A stretch of DNA of 64,000 nucleotides, taken from assembly GCA_963755715.1 (NCBI GenBank), contig CAVWLW010000054.1, positions 96,001 to 160,000 on the forward strand, given 5' to 3'. The stretch is from an uncultured delta proteobacterium. Lineage in GTDB: Bacteria; Desulfobacterota; Binatia; UBA9968. Made by a program: the position numbers and the translations under genes. This document shows, one piece after another, positions 63,035 through 64,000 of the stretch. Numbering within the stretch: the first letter of the stretch is position 1; every line of letters begins with the position of its first letter. The notes under the pieces were generated by a model, which saw nothing but the letters and a program-made list of their open reading frames with translations, was not told the origin of the DNA and searched no databases.

Positions 63035-63630
63035 GGATGATCGTCCTTTCTGCTCCCATTAGGCACCCAATGGAAGCAGTCGCTGCAGCCAAATCATCGA
63101 CGACAAAATCAGCCGCCACGGCGTTTTCAAATTGCGCGCCATAGCCTGTGCGCACGAGAAAGGTCATAGCACCCGCTCTTCGGCCCATGTCGATGTCACA
63201 ATCCTTATCGCCAATCACAATGCTGCCCTCTAGATCAAAGTCCAGTTCTTTGGCCGCTTTTTCCATTAGACCCGTCCCGGGCTTGCGACAGGCGCAAACG
63301 TCGTCGGGCGTGTGAGGGCAAACGTAGATTCCATCAAGCTTAACATTCTCTTGCTGTAACAACTGGGCAAGACGCTCATGAACGAGACCTAGTTGGGCCT
63401 GATCAAAGTACCCACGCCCGATCCCCGATTGGTTCGTAATCATCACCAGACCGAAGCCCATTTGGTGCAGCTTACGAAGCGCAGCTCCAGCTCCTGGAAT
63501 CAATGCAACCTGCTCGGGCTGTGAGAGATATTCGCGTTCCTCAATAATGGTCCCGTCCCGATCAAGAACGACAAATCGGCGTCGCGCTGAGCCATTGAGT
63601 CCAGCAAAAAAACTTTCCGCCAGCGGCAAA
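63024..63630 (-). CDS. gmhB: Heptose 1,7-bisphosphate phosphatase (HAD IIIA), probably fused to the upstream nucleotidyltransferase
   Basis: LDRDGT, TNQSGIGRG, CPH..CACRKP and GDK. Confidence 0.9.
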
Positions 63631-64000
63631 GTCATCGGGCGTTCCGATATCGAGAAAAGGGCCGGCACTTACGTAACCGTAAAGACCGCGACCCATCCAG
63701 CGCGGGAAAACCTCGCGTTCCAGGGAGACGTTCACACCATCCGGAATAGATCGAAGCACCTCTTGGCTCAAGAAATATATTCCTGCATTGATCCAAGCCG
63801 CCCCCGAACCCTGTTGCTTTTCAACGAATTCAATAACGCGCGCGTCGGAATCAAGCTTGACGCGACCAAATCTTTCGCTGCGCGCGACCCGTGTCAATGC
63901 CATACTTGCCGTTGCTTGGCGCTGGCGATGCCAATCCCAATAAGCTTTGATGTCGATCGCGCAGAATGAATCGCCGTTCATCACCAGCACAGGATCGGAC
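63631..64000 (-). CDS. hddC: Heptose-1-phosphate guanylyltransferase-like nucleotidyltransferase (partial, runs off window)
   Basis: NGDSF, FVEK, INAGIY, SLEREVFP and FLDIGTP. Confidence 0.8.

Overview
This window is one large cell-surface glycan locus, almost entirely on the minus strand. In transcription order (right to left) it holds: (i) a nucleotide-sugar block (HddC-GmhB, HddA, Fcl/ColC-like reductase, TPP-dependent E1 alpha/beta pair, ColD-like PMP enzyme, B12 radical SAM); (ii) a tandemly duplicated ~540-bp non-coding unit carrying an enhancer-like palindrome, a sigma54 promoter and a cyclic-dinucleotide (GEMM-I-like) riboswitch candidate; (iii) three secreted proteins sharing a near-identical DUF4214-type C-terminal anchor; (iv) Wzm/Wzt ABC exporter genes; (v) about 45 kb of GT2/GT4/WbsX-like glycosyltransferases, roughly a dozen SAM methyltransferase domains, three methyltransferase-coiled-coil-glycosyltransferase fusions, Gmd and GT-C-like membrane proteins; (vi) a WcaJ-type initiating transferase and an O-antigen-ligase-like gene. 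The locus is a mosaic, with GC shifts, a truncated gene duplicate, an IS481 remnant and FG-GAP and methyltransferase pseudogene fragments. About ten single-base frameshifts suggest an indel-prone long-read assembly. I saw no tRNA, rRNA or CRISPR array. Family assignments come from motif recognition by eye, not database searches. Gene content suggests a deltaproteobacterial/Binatia-like diderm (inference only).
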